Shown: positions 9,613-20,068 of the stretch, in pieces
Numbering within the stretch: the stretch's first letter is position 1
How the letters are laid out: every line of letters starts with the position of its first letter
Assembly: GCA_965204745.1 (NCBI GenBank)
Contig: OZ242010.1
Span: 192,001 to 256,000 of the forward strand
Length of the DNA: 64,000 bases
Reading direction: 5' to 3'
DNA from: Candidatus Latescibacterota bacterium
Lineage (GTDB): Bacteria > Latescibacterota > UBA2968
The notes under the pieces: generated by a model
Databases searched by the model: none
What the model was told of the DNA's origin: nothing
The model's input: only the letters and a program-made list of their open reading frames with translations
Made by a program: the position numbers and the translations under genes

Positions 9613-12597
9613 GTGAACAACGCACTGAATTTCCAAGACTTAATCACGCGCCTCGAGCGATTTTGGGCGGACAATGGCTGCATCATCTGGCAACCGTACA
9701 GCGAAAAAGTGGGCGCGGGCACGATGAATGCCGCCACGGTTTTGCGCGTGCTCGGCCCGGAACCGTGGAACGTGGCTTATGTCGAACCCTCGTACCGCCC
9801 GGACGATGGGCGCTTTGGCGAAAATCCCAACCGCATGCAAATGCACACGCAGTATCAGGTCATCCTCAAGCCCGATCCCGGCGATCCCCAAGAACGGTAT
9901 CTCGACAGCCTCGCGGCACTCGGCCTCGACTGCAAAGCGCACGACATCCGCTTTGTGGAAGACAACTGGGAATCGCCCGCACTCGGCGCGTGGGGCCTGG
10001 GGTGGGAAGTGTGGTTGGATGGCATGGAGATCACGCAATTCACGTATTTCCAACAGGCCGGCGGCATGCAACTCGACCCGGTTGCGGTCGAAATCACGTA
10101 CGGCTTGGAGCGCATTGCCATGTATCTCCAGGGCGTGGATGAGGTTTGGCAGTTGCAGTGGAACGACTCGGTGACGTACGGCGACATGCTCAGAAAGCAG
10201 GAAATCGAATATTGCAACTACGAGTTCTACTGGGCCGATGTCAACCGACTCAAATCCATGTACGACATTTTCGCTGCCGAAGCGCAGGCGGCCATTGACA
10301 GAGACCTGGTCATTCCCGCGCACGACTACGTCATTCGCTGCTCGCACACGTTTAATTTGCTGGACACGCGCGGCGCGATAGGCGTGACCGAACGCGCGCG
10401 GTTTTTCGCCCGCATGCGCGATCTCTCTCGCCGAGTTGCCGAAGCCTTTGTCAAACAGCGCGAGGATCAGGGCTATCCCCTTTTGGCGTCAGCGCCGGAA
10501 AAAGCCGAATCCCGGACCGTCAAAGCCGACGACCTGCCCGAAGTCGCATCTGCGGATCTCTTGCTCGAAATCGGCACTGAAGAACTGCCGCCCGCCGATG
10601 TGACAAGCGCGATAGCACAACTTCAAAACCTGTTGCCCGAACACCTCGTAGCGGCCAATCTCGCGTACGACAGCATCGAAGTCAGCGGCACGCCGCGCAG
10701 GCAGTACGCGCTGGTCAAAAATCTGCTCGGCAGGCAACCGGATGAGGTCAGGCAAGTGCGCGGGCCGGCCATTCGCATCGCGTACGACGCAACGGGCAAC
10801 CCCACCCGAGCACTCGAGGGATTCGCGCGCGGGCAGGGCATCGAGCCGTCCGAGGTGGAACAGCGCGACGACTATGTTTGGGCCAACATCCCCATTTACG
10901 GCCGCGAAACTCGGGAACTGCTCGCCGAGTTGTTGCCCGAGGTCATCGGCAAACTCGGTTTTGGCAAGACCATGCGCTGGAACTCCGATGGGGTGGCGTA
11001 TCCGCGGCCCCTGCGCTGGATCGTGGCCCTGTTCGGGGATCGGGTCGTCCGATTTGATTACGGCCGCGCAAGCGTTGGGCGCATGAGTCGGGGGCTGCGT
11101 TCCGATGCGTCTCCGGAAATCGAAATCGCGTCTGCGGCCGATTATCACGCACGCATGCAAGACTATGGCATCGCGGTCAACCGCGACGCACGGCGCGAGG
11201 CCATCCGCCGACAAGTTGAGGCGCGCGCCCGAGAGATCGGTGGCATTGTGCCGCACGATCCGGACCTGCTCGACGAAGTGACGGATCTCGTAGAGGCGCC
11301 GCACGCGCTTTGCGGCCACTTTGAAGCAACGCGCCTGTCCCTGCCCCGCGAAGTGCTCATCTCCGTCATGAAAAAGCACCAGCGGTATTTCCCGGTGCTC
11401 GACGAACAGGGCGCCCTCAAGCCCAATTTCATCACCGTGTCCAATGGCGTGCCCGGGGATGCCGATCTCGTGGTCAAAGGCAATGAAAACGTCATTCGCG
11501 CGCGCTATGCGGATGCCGAATTCTTTTATCATGACGACACCAGCAAAAAACTCGGGGACTTTTTGCCCCGGCTCGACACCCTCATTTTTCAGGAAAAACT
11601 CGGCTCGATGCGCGACAAAACCCGCCGCACAGAAAAACTCGTGGGGGACTTGGCCGACACTTTCGGCCTCGGGGATGAAGACAAACGCACGGCCCTGCGC
11701 GCCGCCAAATTGTGCAAGGCGGACTTGGCGACCAGCATGGTCGTGGAAATGACCTCCCTGCAAGGCATCATGGGCCGGTACTACGCCTTGGCTTCCGGAG
11801 AAACAGAGGACGTGGCCCGCGCCATTGAAGACCATTACCACCCGCGCTTTCCGGGGGACGACCTGCCGCAAACCTGGCCCGGTGTGGCGGTTTCCATCGC
11901 GGATCGGCTCGACAGCTTGTCCGGCTTGTTCAGCGCGGGCATCGAGCCACGATCCAATGCGGATCCCTACGGTCTCAGGCGAGACGCACTCGGGTTGCTC
12001 GCAACGCTGCTCGGTCACGAAATCCCCTTTTCCCTGCGCGATGGCCTCGTTGCCGCGGCGCGCCATTTGCCCATTGTGGTCAACCGAGAAGCCCTCGACG
12101 AGGCGTTCGAGTACATCATCCGCCGTCTCGAGGTGGCGTTGCGCGACCATGGCCTACGCCACGACGCGATCTCTGCGGCGATTGCAGCGCGGTTGGACGA
12201 TCCCGATCAAATCCAGCGAATCGCCCGCGAGTTTAGCAGGTTGATCCAATCCGATCACTGGCTCGATATTTTGCACGCCCACGCGCGGTGCAAACGCATT
12301 GTGCGCGATCTCCCTGAACGCTATCCCCTCAATCCCGATGTCGATCCCGAAGAAGCCTCCCGCGCACTGCACAACGCCTATTTGGTCGCACGCGCCGAGA
12401 TGGACTCGACCGACGAAAAACTCGCCGCGCTCATTCCGGTCATGCACGACTTGCGCGATCCCATCAATCACTTCTTTGCAGACGTGCTCGTCATGGTCGA
12501 CGAACCCGCGCTTCGCCAATCGCGCCTCGCCCTCGTGCAACACATCGCGGCCCTGCCCGATGGCATCGTCGATCTCAGCGCGTTTGAGGGGTTCTAG
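9613..12597 (+). CDS. glyQS: Glycine--tRNA ligase, fused alpha/beta subunits
   Basis: Alpha motifs ([28 protein letters not shown]) fused to beta motifs ([17 protein letters not shown]); 994 aa. Confidence 0.96.
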   Translation: MNNALNFQDLITRLERFWADNGCIIWQPYSEKVGAGTMNAATVLRVLGPEPWNVAYVEPSYRPDDGRFGENPNRMQMHTQYQVILKPDPGDPQERYLDSLAALGLDCKAHDIRFVEDNWESPALGAWGLGWEVWLDGMEITQFTYFQQAGGMQLDPVAVEITYGLERIAMYLQGVDEVWQLQWNDSVTYGDMLRKQEIEYCNYEFYWADVNRLKSMYDIFAAEAQAAIDRDLVIPAHDYVIRCSHTFNLLDTRGAIGVTERARFFARMRDLSRRVAEAFVKQREDQGYPLLASAPEKAESRTVKADDLPEVASADLLLEIGTEELPPADVTSAIAQLQNLLPEHLVAANLAYDSIEVSGTPRRQYALVKNLLGRQPDEVRQVRGPAIRIAYDATGNPTRALEGFARGQGIEPSEVEQRDDYVWANIPIYGRETRELLAELLPEVIGKLGFGKTMRWNSDGVAYPRPLRWIVALFGDRVVRFDYGRASVGRMSRGLRSDASPEIEIASAADYHARMQDYGIAVNRDARREAIRRQVEARAREIGGIVPHDPDLLDEVTDLVEAPHALCGHFEATRLSLPREVLISVMKKHQRYFPVLDEQGALKPNFITVSNGVPGDADLVVKGNENVIRARYADAEFFYHDDTSKKLGDFLPRLDTLIFQEKLGSMRDKTRRTEKLVGDLADTFGLGDEDKRTALRAAKLCKADLATSMVVEMTSLQGIMGRYYALASGETEDVARAIEDHYHPRFPGDDLPQTWPGVAVSIADRLDSLSGLFSAGIEPRSNADPYGLRRDALGLLATLLGHEIPFSLRDGLVAAARHLPIVVNREALDEAFEYIIRRLEVALRDHGLRHDAISAAIAARLDDPDQIQRIAREFSRLIQSDHWLDILHAHARCKRIVRDLPERYPLNPDVDPEEASRALHNAYLVARAEMDSTDEKLAALIPVMHDLRDPINHFFADVLVMVDEPALRQSRLALVQHIAALPDGIVDLSAFEGF

Positions 12598-12640
12598 ATT
12601 GTGTTGACATTTACGAATGCGAACTTGTCTTTTTGTTGGG

Positions 12641-12859
12641 GACCTACCCCCCTAACCCCCGTTACTCGCTACGCTTGTTGTAGGCTACGCCTGTGCCTTA
12701 GAGGAAGGGGGGAACAGTGAGCGGTTTTGCGAGGGTATTGATGAGGGATTTTTGATCGCTTTATGCCCTCGGTCAATGCCATCAGAGCCACCAGAGCGAG
12801 AAGCCATCAAAGGAACTTTACTCCCCTTTCCTCGTAGGAAAGGGGCCGGGGGATAGGTC
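12641..12859. repeat. About 215-bp MITE-like palindromic element
   Basis: Terminal IRs GACCTAYCCCC...GGGGATAGGTC with internal hairpins; near-identical inverted copy at 30190-30403. Confidence 0.85.
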
Positions 12860-12927
12860 CCCTCGTGCAACACATCGCGGCCCTGCCCGATGGCATCGTC
12901 GATCTCAGCGCGTTTGAAGGCTTTTAA
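12860..12927 (+). repeat. Duplicate of the glyQS 3' end
   Basis: 12860-12917 is identical to 12530-12587, then carries synonymous codons for EGF-stop. Confidence 0.92.
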
Positions 12928-12942
12928 TACCAAGAGGAAATT

Positions 12943-13446
12943 GTGACCGATGTGCTCTTGACAAGTTCTGACCAAGAAGAAGCCCTATCTCATGTCTATG
13001 CATGTGCTGTAGCAACGCGGGCCGGTTATACCACATCTAGTTGTAACCTGGATCGAGATGGTGTAGATTTGAGGATTCATGCCGGCGGGGCGATGCGCCC
13101 TGCGCTTGACTTACAGTTGAAGGCGACAGTCAATATGATGGGCAACCCGGCTGATGGGTATGTTCGATTCCCCCTGAAACGCAGAAATTACGATCTACTG
13201 CGTATGGAGACCCAAACGCCACGGTTGCTGATGGTACTCGATTTGCCGAAAGACGAAGATCTGTGGCTGACGATTACCGAAGACGCGCTTGTGCTGAGGC
13301 ATCGAGCCTATTGGCTGAATCTGAGAGGATTTGAAGAAACCACCAATAAGTATTCTGTCACTGTCCGTATTCCGCAACAAAACCTGTTCACTGTCGAAAG
13401 TCTGCGTGCCTTGATGGACCAGTCAAGAGGAGGTCGAATCCAATGA
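12943..13446 (+). CDS. DUF4365-family PD-(D/E)xK-like protein
   Basis: DRDGVDL...LDLQLKAT...NYDLLR...AYWLNL pattern. Confidence 0.75.
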   Translation: MTDVLLTSSDQEEALSHVYACAVATRAGYTTSSCNLDRDGVDLRIHAGGAMRPALDLQLKATVNMMGNPADGYVRFPLKRRNYDLLRMETQTPRLLMVLDLPKDEDLWLTITEDALVLRHRAYWLNLRGFEETTNKYSVTVRIPQQNLFTVESLRALMDQSRGGRIQ

Positions 13447-14393
13447 AAGTGGACATCCGAGACAGAGAAGCCTTGATCGCGGTTTCGCCTGCGGCCCTAT
13501 CGGCTTATGCTCGCGGTGTGGGTTGGATTAAGGGTGAGCCTTATGGCGACCATTCCGATGTGTATGATGCCGAGGGGTTGCCAGAAATCATTTTGCCGCG
13601 CACCCAATGCCTCGGCGACTACGCCCATGTCGTATCGCAACTCATCGAGATTTTTGCGCGTGTCGCCGAGGTGGATGAACTCGCGCTATACCGCGACTTG
13701 GTTACGGCGGATTACGATGTGATTCGGGTGCGTGCCGGCGGCAATGAAGGTGCAAAGGGCGATGTGTCCATAGACGCGGGAATCGACCTGATGTGCGGCG
13801 CACGCGATATGCTCGTAGCCACGGCCTGCTCGCTGGAGAAGCCACGTCCGCTCTATCGCACAAATACAATCAAAAAAGCCAGAGACGATTTGAGCCGCGT
13901 GCGCTTGGGGCAGACCGAACAAGGCAGTTTTGTCGTCACTTTGTTGATCCCTTGGACATCGCACTTTAAGCCTATTGAAAGGCGGATAACGAGACGCCTG
14001 TCAGATGCCTTGTCAGCTATCCAAAAAGCGACCAAAAGAACAAATGGCGGAGATGTAGAGGCGTTTTTCAATACCGTGTCTGATGGCGTAAGTGCCAATC
14101 TGTGCGAAGCACTCGTGAAACTCATTGAACCGTTCCCAACATTGGATATCAGCGTGGTTTGGGCACGCACGCGGCCGATGAAAACCGGGCGAGAGACCAT
14201 TCGTTTCGCCAAGGACGACGCGCCAATTTTGCGCGCGGTAGCACGGTCATTCCGACGAGAAACCGATTGGGAAACGTTGCCTCGCCACTTGCAGGATGCC
14301 GTTGACGCCAAGTTGATGGAAGAAGCGCGTGGGGAAAACAGCGCAACACTTCCTCTGAGAGGTCTCCTGCGTGAGACTGGAGAAGCACCGTAG
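13443..14393 (+). CDS. Hypothetical protein coupled to the DUF4365 gene
   Basis: ATGA overlap with the upstream gene; RLGQTEQGSFVVTL and GVSANLCEAL motifs. Confidence 0.7.
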   Translation: MKVDIRDREALIAVSPAALSAYARGVGWIKGEPYGDHSDVYDAEGLPEIILPRTQCLGDYAHVVSQLIEIFARVAEVDELALYRDLVTADYDVIRVRAGGNEGAKGDVSIDAGIDLMCGARDMLVATACSLEKPRPLYRTNTIKKARDDLSRVRLGQTEQGSFVVTLLIPWTSHFKPIERRITRRLSDALSAIQKATKRTNGGDVEAFFNTVSDGVSANLCEALVKLIEPFPTLDISVVWARTRPMKTGRETIRFAKDDAPILRAVARSFRRETDWETLPRHLQDAVDAKLMEEARGENSATLPLRGLLRETGEAP

Positions 14394-14408
14394 CAATGGA
14401 GTTCTTTC

Positions 14409-15248
14409 ATGCGTGTATATCTCGATCGGTTGCGATATATTCTCGACCACGGCATCAAAAAAAATGATCGCACAGGCGTGGGGACGATCTCGTGTTTTGG
14501 TCTGCAAGCGCGTTACGCGATGGCCGATGGATTTCCGGCCGTGACGACCAAGCGATTGGTTTGGAGATCCCTGCTCTCGGAACTGCTGTGGTTTGTGTCT
14601 GGGTCGGACAACATCCATGATTTGAAAGCCCATTTGAAAAGCAACCGGCTGTGGGATGGCAATTACGCGGACTATTTGAATCGCTTGGGACTGGATGCAA
14701 ACGACGGTGGCATGGGGCGCATTTACGGGGTGCAATGGCGGTGCTGGCAAGGGGCCAATGGCGAGGTGGTGGATCAACTTCAAGAGGCGATAGATTTGAT
14801 TAGACACAATCCCGAGTCCCGGCGCATTCTGGTCAATGCGTGGAATGCGGCTGAAGTAAGTCCGCAAGACGTGGCCCTGCCCCCGTGTCACAACTTGTTT
14901 CAATTTTACGTGGCAGAGGGCAAATTGTCTTTGCAGATGTATCAGCGGTCCTGCGACATGTTTTTGGGCGTGCCCCTCAACATCGCGTCCTATTCCACAT
15001 TGTTGCACATGGTCGCCAAAATCACAGGGCTTGTGCCGCACGAATTTATTCACGTCCTCGGCGACGCCCACATTTACCTCAACCACCTCGACGCGGTCAA
15101 AGCGCAACTGTCTCGCACGCCGTATCCCCTGCCCCAGTTGCAGATTGCAGACCGCGGTCAAACCGAGATCGATGATTTTGTGATGGACGATTTTGAACTG
15201 ATCGATTACCAGCACCATCCGACCATCCGAGCGAAAATGGCGGTGTGA
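14409..15248 (+). CDS. thyA: Thymidylate synthase
   Basis: DRTGVGT, ALPPCH, YQRSCDMFLGVPLN and GDAHIYLNH motifs. Confidence 0.96.
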   Translation: MRVYLDRLRYILDHGIKKNDRTGVGTISCFGLQARYAMADGFPAVTTKRLVWRSLLSELLWFVSGSDNIHDLKAHLKSNRLWDGNYADYLNRLGLDANDGGMGRIYGVQWRCWQGANGEVVDQLQEAIDLIRHNPESRRILVNAWNAAEVSPQDVALPPCHNLFQFYVAEGKLSLQMYQRSCDMFLGVPLNIASYSTLLHMVAKITGLVPHEFIHVLGDAHIYLNHLDAVKAQLSRTPYPLPQLQIADRGQTEIDDFVMDDFELIDYQHHPTIRAKMAV

Positions 15249-15288
15249 AGGCGGGGAGAGGGAAGAGGCAAGATACTCTCTTAAAAGG

Positions 15289-16296
15289 TCAAGGGGTTTT
15301 CGGGGTGATTCGATAGAATTTTTCGCCCTCAAAATCTTGGTCATGGCGCAACATGCCCCAGATCGAATGGAGCAACTTTCGCATCACCGCAACGATAGCC
15401 TGCAAAGGTTTCTTGCCGCGGGCGATGAGTTGGTCATAGAAGGCTTTGACATGGCCTTCGTGTCTGATGGCCACCCAGGCAGGCATATAGAGGGCATGGC
15501 GGAGGTACTTATTCCCGGTTTTCGAGATGCGTCTTTGTGGATTGGCGGTTCCGGATTGTTTGGGTTTGGGATCCAGGCCTGCATGTGCGACCCACTGGGG
15601 CGGTTGCATCTCCTCTGGCAAAAGGGTCAACTCGGCCAAGAGCCGCAAGGCACTCGTTTGCGCGATGCCAGGCGTCGAGCAGAGGCGTTGGTAGGCACGC
15701 TTGAGGGGCTCATCGTGCAAAACGAGATCGAGGGCTTGGCTTTCCAAGTATGCAATCCGGCGTTTGAAGTGTCGAATATTCACCTGAATATCGCGTGCGA
15801 TGAGACGTGTGCTGCGGATGTGGTAGCTCTGCGCGTGGTTGCGGCTCTGTTCGCGGATGATCTCCTGCTTGAGTTGGTCAATGCGTCTGGTGAGGGCTTG
15901 CAGTTGAAGCCGTTGCTCGCTCGGCGCTTGCCAAGGCACAAAAGGCATGCGCTCGGCATAGTCGAGGATCAACAACGCATCCTTCGCATCCGTCTTCGCC
16001 CGTTGCATGCAGGCTTGGGCGTACTTGCTCATCGCTTTGGGATTGACGACCATGACCTTTGTGTGGCGATGCCGATGCAAGGCCAAGGCCACCCCCAAAC
16101 TGTAAAGCCCGGTCGCTTCGAGGCACACAGAGACCATGTGCCCGCCCTTCGTGAGCCACTTCAGCAACCGCTTATGCGCTTGGGGATCATTGGCAAAGGT
16201 CGCTTGCATGACAGCTTGTCCGGGTCTGGACAGGGCAACGGACAACGTGCGGGCACTGACATCAATGCCGGCAAAAGCGGGGTGAGATTTCGACAT
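15289..16296 (-). CDS. IS110 DEDD recombinase (335 aa)
   Basis: GIDVS, CLEATG and KTDAKDA (DEDD); C-terminal AGLDP...QSG...ISKTGN...AVMRKL. Confidence 0.95.
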   Translation of the reverse strand: MSKSHPAFAGIDVSARTLSVALSRPGQAVMQATFANDPQAHKRLLKWLTKGGHMVSVCLEATGLYSLGVALALHRHRHTKVMVVNPKAMSKYAQACMQRAKTDAKDALLILDYAERMPFVPWQAPSEQRLQLQALTRRIDQLKQEIIREQSRNHAQSYHIRSTRLIARDIQVNIRHFKRRIAYLESQALDLVLHDEPLKRAYQRLCSTPGIAQTSALRLLAELTLLPEEMQPPQWVAHAGLDPKPKQSGTANPQRRISKTGNKYLRHALYMPAWVAIRHEGHVKAFYDQLIARGKKPLQAIVAVMRKLLHSIWGMLRHDQDFEGEKFYRITPKTP

Positions 16297-16309
16297 GGGG
16301 GCCTCCTGT

Positions 16310-16550
16310 GATGAGGGGGTTGTAAGGGATCTGGTGCGCGCTCGGGGTCGCGTCCCGACCATTGACGCCAAGTCTACCGGTCTTGTATATGCAGCCTCAA
16401 GGGGCTTAGATACTCTTCGGCATAGACCCGGCGGTCGGGGGGCCTATCTTACCTACAAGGTCATCGCCTTCAAGAGGGGCCGGCCTTCCCCGAGCCGGGC
16501 ATCAAGATGGCTTATCTCGATACGAGGGCGCAACTCCTAATTAACCCTTA
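16310..16550 (-). ncRNA. Predicted bridge RNA of IS110 copy 1 (limits approximate)
   Basis: Two stem-closed internal loops. Target guides at 16447-16454 and 16472-16479 match the flanks. Donor guides at 16381-16388 and 16408-16416 match the element ends. Confidence 0.85.
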
Positions 16551-16672
16551 CTTCCAAGATACAAGAGGGGAGACGCGAGAGGGGAGAGGGAAGTTTAGTC
16601 ACGAGCGGTACAACTGGCGACAGATTGAAGGAGATGACGAAATGAAAAAGAGCGATTTCGAGCAAACCAGCG

Positions 16673-16771
16673 AACTTCGATCCAAAATTTGACCTCGACA
16701 GCGACGGAGAGGTCGGCTTTTCCGATTTCATCATTTTTGTCGATTCTTTTGGCAAACCCGTCAATGGATAA
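16673..16771 (+). pseudogene. Orphan dockerin/EF-hand-like C-terminal fragment
   Basis: Reads NFDPKFDLDSDGEVGFSDFIIFVDSFGKPVNG* with no proper start; resembles 43350-43550. Confidence 0.6.
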
Positions 16772-16809
16772 TCCTTTCGCTTTATCGTCATCCCTTTGAG
16801 TGCGAAACC

Positions 16810-17379
16810 GTGGAACGCTTTCTCATTTTGGTCAAACACGCGATGCCTCGCATTGACGAGACGAAATCCGCCGCAGACTGGCACCTGTCTGAGCGCGGCC
16901 GGGCGAGTTGTCTCGATCTCGCCGAGGCGTTGCGTCCCTATAACCCCGACCTTTTTGTCACGAGCGACGAACCCAAAGCGCGAGAAACAGGTCAACGCGC
17001 CGCCGAACACCTTCGGCTTCCCTGTTCACCCGTCCCCAATCTGCATGAACACGACCGCAAAGGCGTTCCCTTTATGCGCCGAGAAATCTGGCATGCCACG
17101 CTAAAAACCTTCTTTGCTCGCCCCGACGACCTGATCTTGGGCAATGAAACGGCAAATCAAGCGCGGCTTCGGTTCAGCCGAGCGGTTGAAGCAGTTGTGA
17201 AAACGCACCCCCACAAAACCATCGCCATCGCCACACACGGCACGGTCATCTCTTTATTCGTCGCGCAAAAAACGCGAACCAATGGCTTCGATCTCTGGCA
17301 ACGCTTGGGCTTGCCCTCGTATGTGGTGCTCGACCTGCCGGACTACAACTTGCACGCCCTTGCAGAACGGATAGGATAA
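16810..17379 (+). CDS. Histidine phosphatase (phosphoglycerate mutase) family protein
   Basis: LVKHA, SDEPKARET, NLHEH and ATHG motifs. Confidence 0.85.
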   Translation: MERFLILVKHAMPRIDETKSAADWHLSERGRASCLDLAEALRPYNPDLFVTSDEPKARETGQRAAEHLRLPCSPVPNLHEHDRKGVPFMRREIWHATLKTFFARPDDLILGNETANQARLRFSRAVEAVVKTHPHKTIAIATHGTVISLFVAQKTRTNGFDLWQRLGLPSYVVLDLPDYNLHALAERIG

Positions 17380-17507
17380 CGCGCCGCATTCTCAACGGAA
17401 AAAAATCTCCTTCACTTGCTTTGCCTGTGCAACTCGACAAACAGGCCGGTATTTTGTAAAAAGCAAGCACATCGTAGCCATTTTGATATGAAAGGGGCCC
17501 CACGCCA

Positions 17508-17795
17508 ATGATCTACGCAATCATACCTTTTCAGCGGAGTAAAAAAGAAAAACTTCGCAACAAAGTAGAGACACTCGGGATTCCCGTCTATACTGACGAA
17601 GCCCCCACCGCTTACTTTGTGTCGTACAACGGGACGACGCGCGAATTGGCCGAAGCTATCGGGTTTAGCAATGGCGAGTCGGGTACGGGTATCGTCATAC
17701 CGGTCTCGAATTACTACGGTTATGCAGCCAAAGACCTCTGGGAGTGGATCAACATCCACGAACATGACTATGTAGTAGGATGGCCGCGGATATGA
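17508..17795 (+). CDS. Small hypothetical protein
   Basis: 95-aa ORF; apparently coupled to the next gene. Confidence 0.55.
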   Translation: MIYAIIPFQRSKKEKLRNKVETLGIPVYTDEAPTAYFVSYNGTTRELAEAIGFSNGESGTGIVIPVSNYYGYAAKDLWEWINIHEHDYVVGWPRI

Positions 17796-18160
17796 CACCT
17801 GACCAAAACAACAATGCAGAGAACGCTGAAAACCGGGAACTCAGCCCTCCGCCACGTCCAGAATCGCCATCCCATTCTCCTGGAGACACGAGTCAGTGGA
17901 TCATGCGGAGTCTCAACATGATTAACGACACACTCGACGAGATTAGAAAAGACATCAGCGATCTAAAAGACCGAGTCGCTCGCGTGGAAGAAAAGGTCGA
18001 ATCGATCTCACGGGTTGAAAGTGGATTGCAGAGCCTGGAAAAAAGAGTGCGGAAGCTTGAAAATCGCTTTTGGGTCGCCGTCGGAATTTTTGTGGTTATT
18101 ATCTTTTTGGCGCGCATATTTCTCCCCGATTTTGACATCGCGATCACACCAAAGCCATAA
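17780..18160 (+). CDS. Coiled-coil protein with C-terminal membrane anchor
   Basis: Heptad coiled coil followed by FWVAVGIFVVIIFLA. Confidence 0.6.
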   Translation: MAADMTPDQNNNAENAENRELSPPPRPESPSHSPGDTSQWIMRSLNMINDTLDEIRKDISDLKDRVARVEEKVESISRVESGLQSLEKRVRKLENRFWVAVGIFVVIIFLARIFLPDFDIAITPKP

Positions 18161-18331
18161 GGCAAGCGTCTATCGTAGGCAACGACTTGACGCGGGGAAA
18201 GGGAACGGAAAATCAGTGAGATAAATCAGCCCGAACCCGTAGGGATTATTCAGTAATCACTCAAACAGTCAGGAGTAGCGTGTCGAAAATAAATTGTCAA
18301 CATTTGTTCATAAAAGCCGAATGTTATTACT

Positions 18332-18925
18332 ATGGCTTATGTAAATACGCGCAAAGCAGTTGCTTTGCTTGGCGTTCATCCGAATACGTTGCGTAAGTGG
18401 GCGAATGACGGTCGGATTGAACATATCCGCAGTCCAGGTGGACGGAGACTTTACAATGTCGATGCGTTCTTGCGGGAAGAAGTTGGCGTTGCCGTTGTGT
18501 GCTATGCACGGGTTAGCAGTGATGCCCAAAAAGACGACTTGCGAGGGCAAGTTGCACTCTTGCGATCCCGTTATCCCGGAGCAGAGATCGTCAAAGACAT
18601 TGGCGGGGGCCTCAACTAAAAGCGGAAAGGACTTGTCGCCCTACTGGAACGCTTACACAGCGGAGAGAAGTTGCGAATTGTGGTTGCCCACCAAGACCGC
18701 CTTGCACGGTTCGGCTTTGAACTTATTGAGTGGTTGGCAAAGCAAAACGGGGGCGAGATCGTGGTTCTCGACGAGTCAAGTTGCAGTCCAGAACAAGAAC
18801 TCACGCAGGATATTTTGTCCATTCTCCATACGTTCTCTTGTCGGCTGTCCGGACTCCGCAAGTATCGTGACAAAATCGAGAAAGATAAGAGTCTCTCTGA
18901 CAAGCGAGCAGAAGGCGTTGGTTAA
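18332..18925 (+). pseudogene. tnpA: IS607 serine recombinase with in-frame nonsense codon
   Basis: MerR-like HTH, YARVSS, DIGGGLN*KRKGL (TAA at 18617-18619), then DRLARFG in the same frame. Confidence 0.88.
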
Positions 18926-20008
18926 GTTATGGATGGATGGTAGCCGTTGGTGGTATAACGAGGCGGTGTCTTTGTATCGTTTGGGATATGATTTGTCTGA
19001 GTATGAGATGCGTGCTATTGTTCGTGCGGTGAGTCCTGAGTGGTTTGCGGATGTTCCGAGCAAGATATTGTCTGGTGCGATAACGGATGCTCATAGGGCT
19101 AACCGTGCGGTAAAGAAGAAGCGTAAGCAGTTGAAGGATAGAGGTATAAAGCGTAAGGTTGAGTTGGATTTTCGTAATCGTAAGGATCCTATTCAGTCGT
19201 TTTCGTTGTGTAATGTGGCATGGAACAAGGCTTTGACGACGATCTATCCTCGCAGTCTTGGCGATATTCGTTTGTCCGAGCCTGTCTCTGTTGTACCGAG
19301 GGATGGTCGTTTGGTCAGTCACAATGGCAGGCCTATGTGACCGTGCCCTATTCAAGTCCACAACACGTAGCCGAGAACCAAGGGCGTGTTGTGGCACTTG
19401 ATCCAGGTATTCGCAGTTTTTTGACGTTCTTTTTTCAAACAGATTGTGGCAAGATTGGCGACGGTGACTTTGGTCGTATTCAGCGTTTGTGTGTTCATCT
19501 TGACGGGTTGATCGGTCGCATGACAAAGGCCATCGGCTTTCGCCAGGTGCGTTTGAAGCGTGCCTGCCATCGCATGCGGTGGCGCATCCGAGACTTGATC
19601 GATGAACGCCACAAACAGACTGCTCGCTGGCTGGTGGACAACTACGATGTGATTCTTCTGCCCACATTTGAGACCAGCGAGATGGTTGTGCGTGGCAAGC
19701 GTTGCCTTCGTCGTAAGTCTGTTCGCAGTCTGTTGACCTTTGCTCATTACCGCTTCAAGCAGTTCCTCAAGCACAAGGCGTTTGAAACTGGCAAGTTGGT
19801 CTTGGATGTGAACGAGGCATACACGTCCAAAACAGTCAGTTGGACAAGCGAGATTGTAAAGAACTTGGGCGGAGCGAAAGGCATTCGTAGCAGGAAAGAT
19901 GGTCAAGCGATGGATCGAGATATCAACGGCGCACGGGGTATTTTTCTCCGTGCTTTGGGGGATACACCCAAGTTGCGGAACTGTTTGGATGCAACTTGCA
20001 CTGGTTGA
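18867..20008 (+). pseudogene. tnpB: Frameshifted TnpB RNA-guided nuclease
   Basis: N-terminus KSRKIRV...SRWWYN in one frame; shift near 19330; RuvC motifs ALDPGIR and DRDINGARGI in another frame. Confidence 0.85.
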
Positions 20009-20068
20009 ACACTTATTGATTTGCTTAGGTTGTTAATAAGGGTCAACAGAAAGGTATCAGATAGGCAC

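Larger units (their letters stand above)
15270..16566 (-). mobile_element. IS110-family element copy 1, inserted in a purine-rich heptamer repeat
   Basis: Ends defined by alignment with copy 2; AAGA core at both junctions; flanks GGAAGAG GCAAGA / AAGAG GGGAGAC GCGAGAG. Confidence 0.92.
18332..20008 (+). mobile_element. Decayed IS607-family element (tnpA + tnpB); ends not resolved
   Basis: Serine resolvase gene overlapping a RuvC TnpB gene. Confidence 0.88.

Noticed and set aside
10489-12150. Long antisense ORF (553 aa)
   Set aside because: Shadow of glyQS in GC-rich DNA with no recognisable motifs.
15337-16311. Antisense ORFs over both IS110 recombinases (also 24558-25715)
   Set aside because: Reverse-frame shadows with inconsistent starts and no domain signal.
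16297-16371. N-terminal extension of the IS110 copy 1 recombinase
   Set aside because: Copy 2 starts at the equivalent of 16296 with an AGGAGG RBS; the extension lies in the non-coding end.
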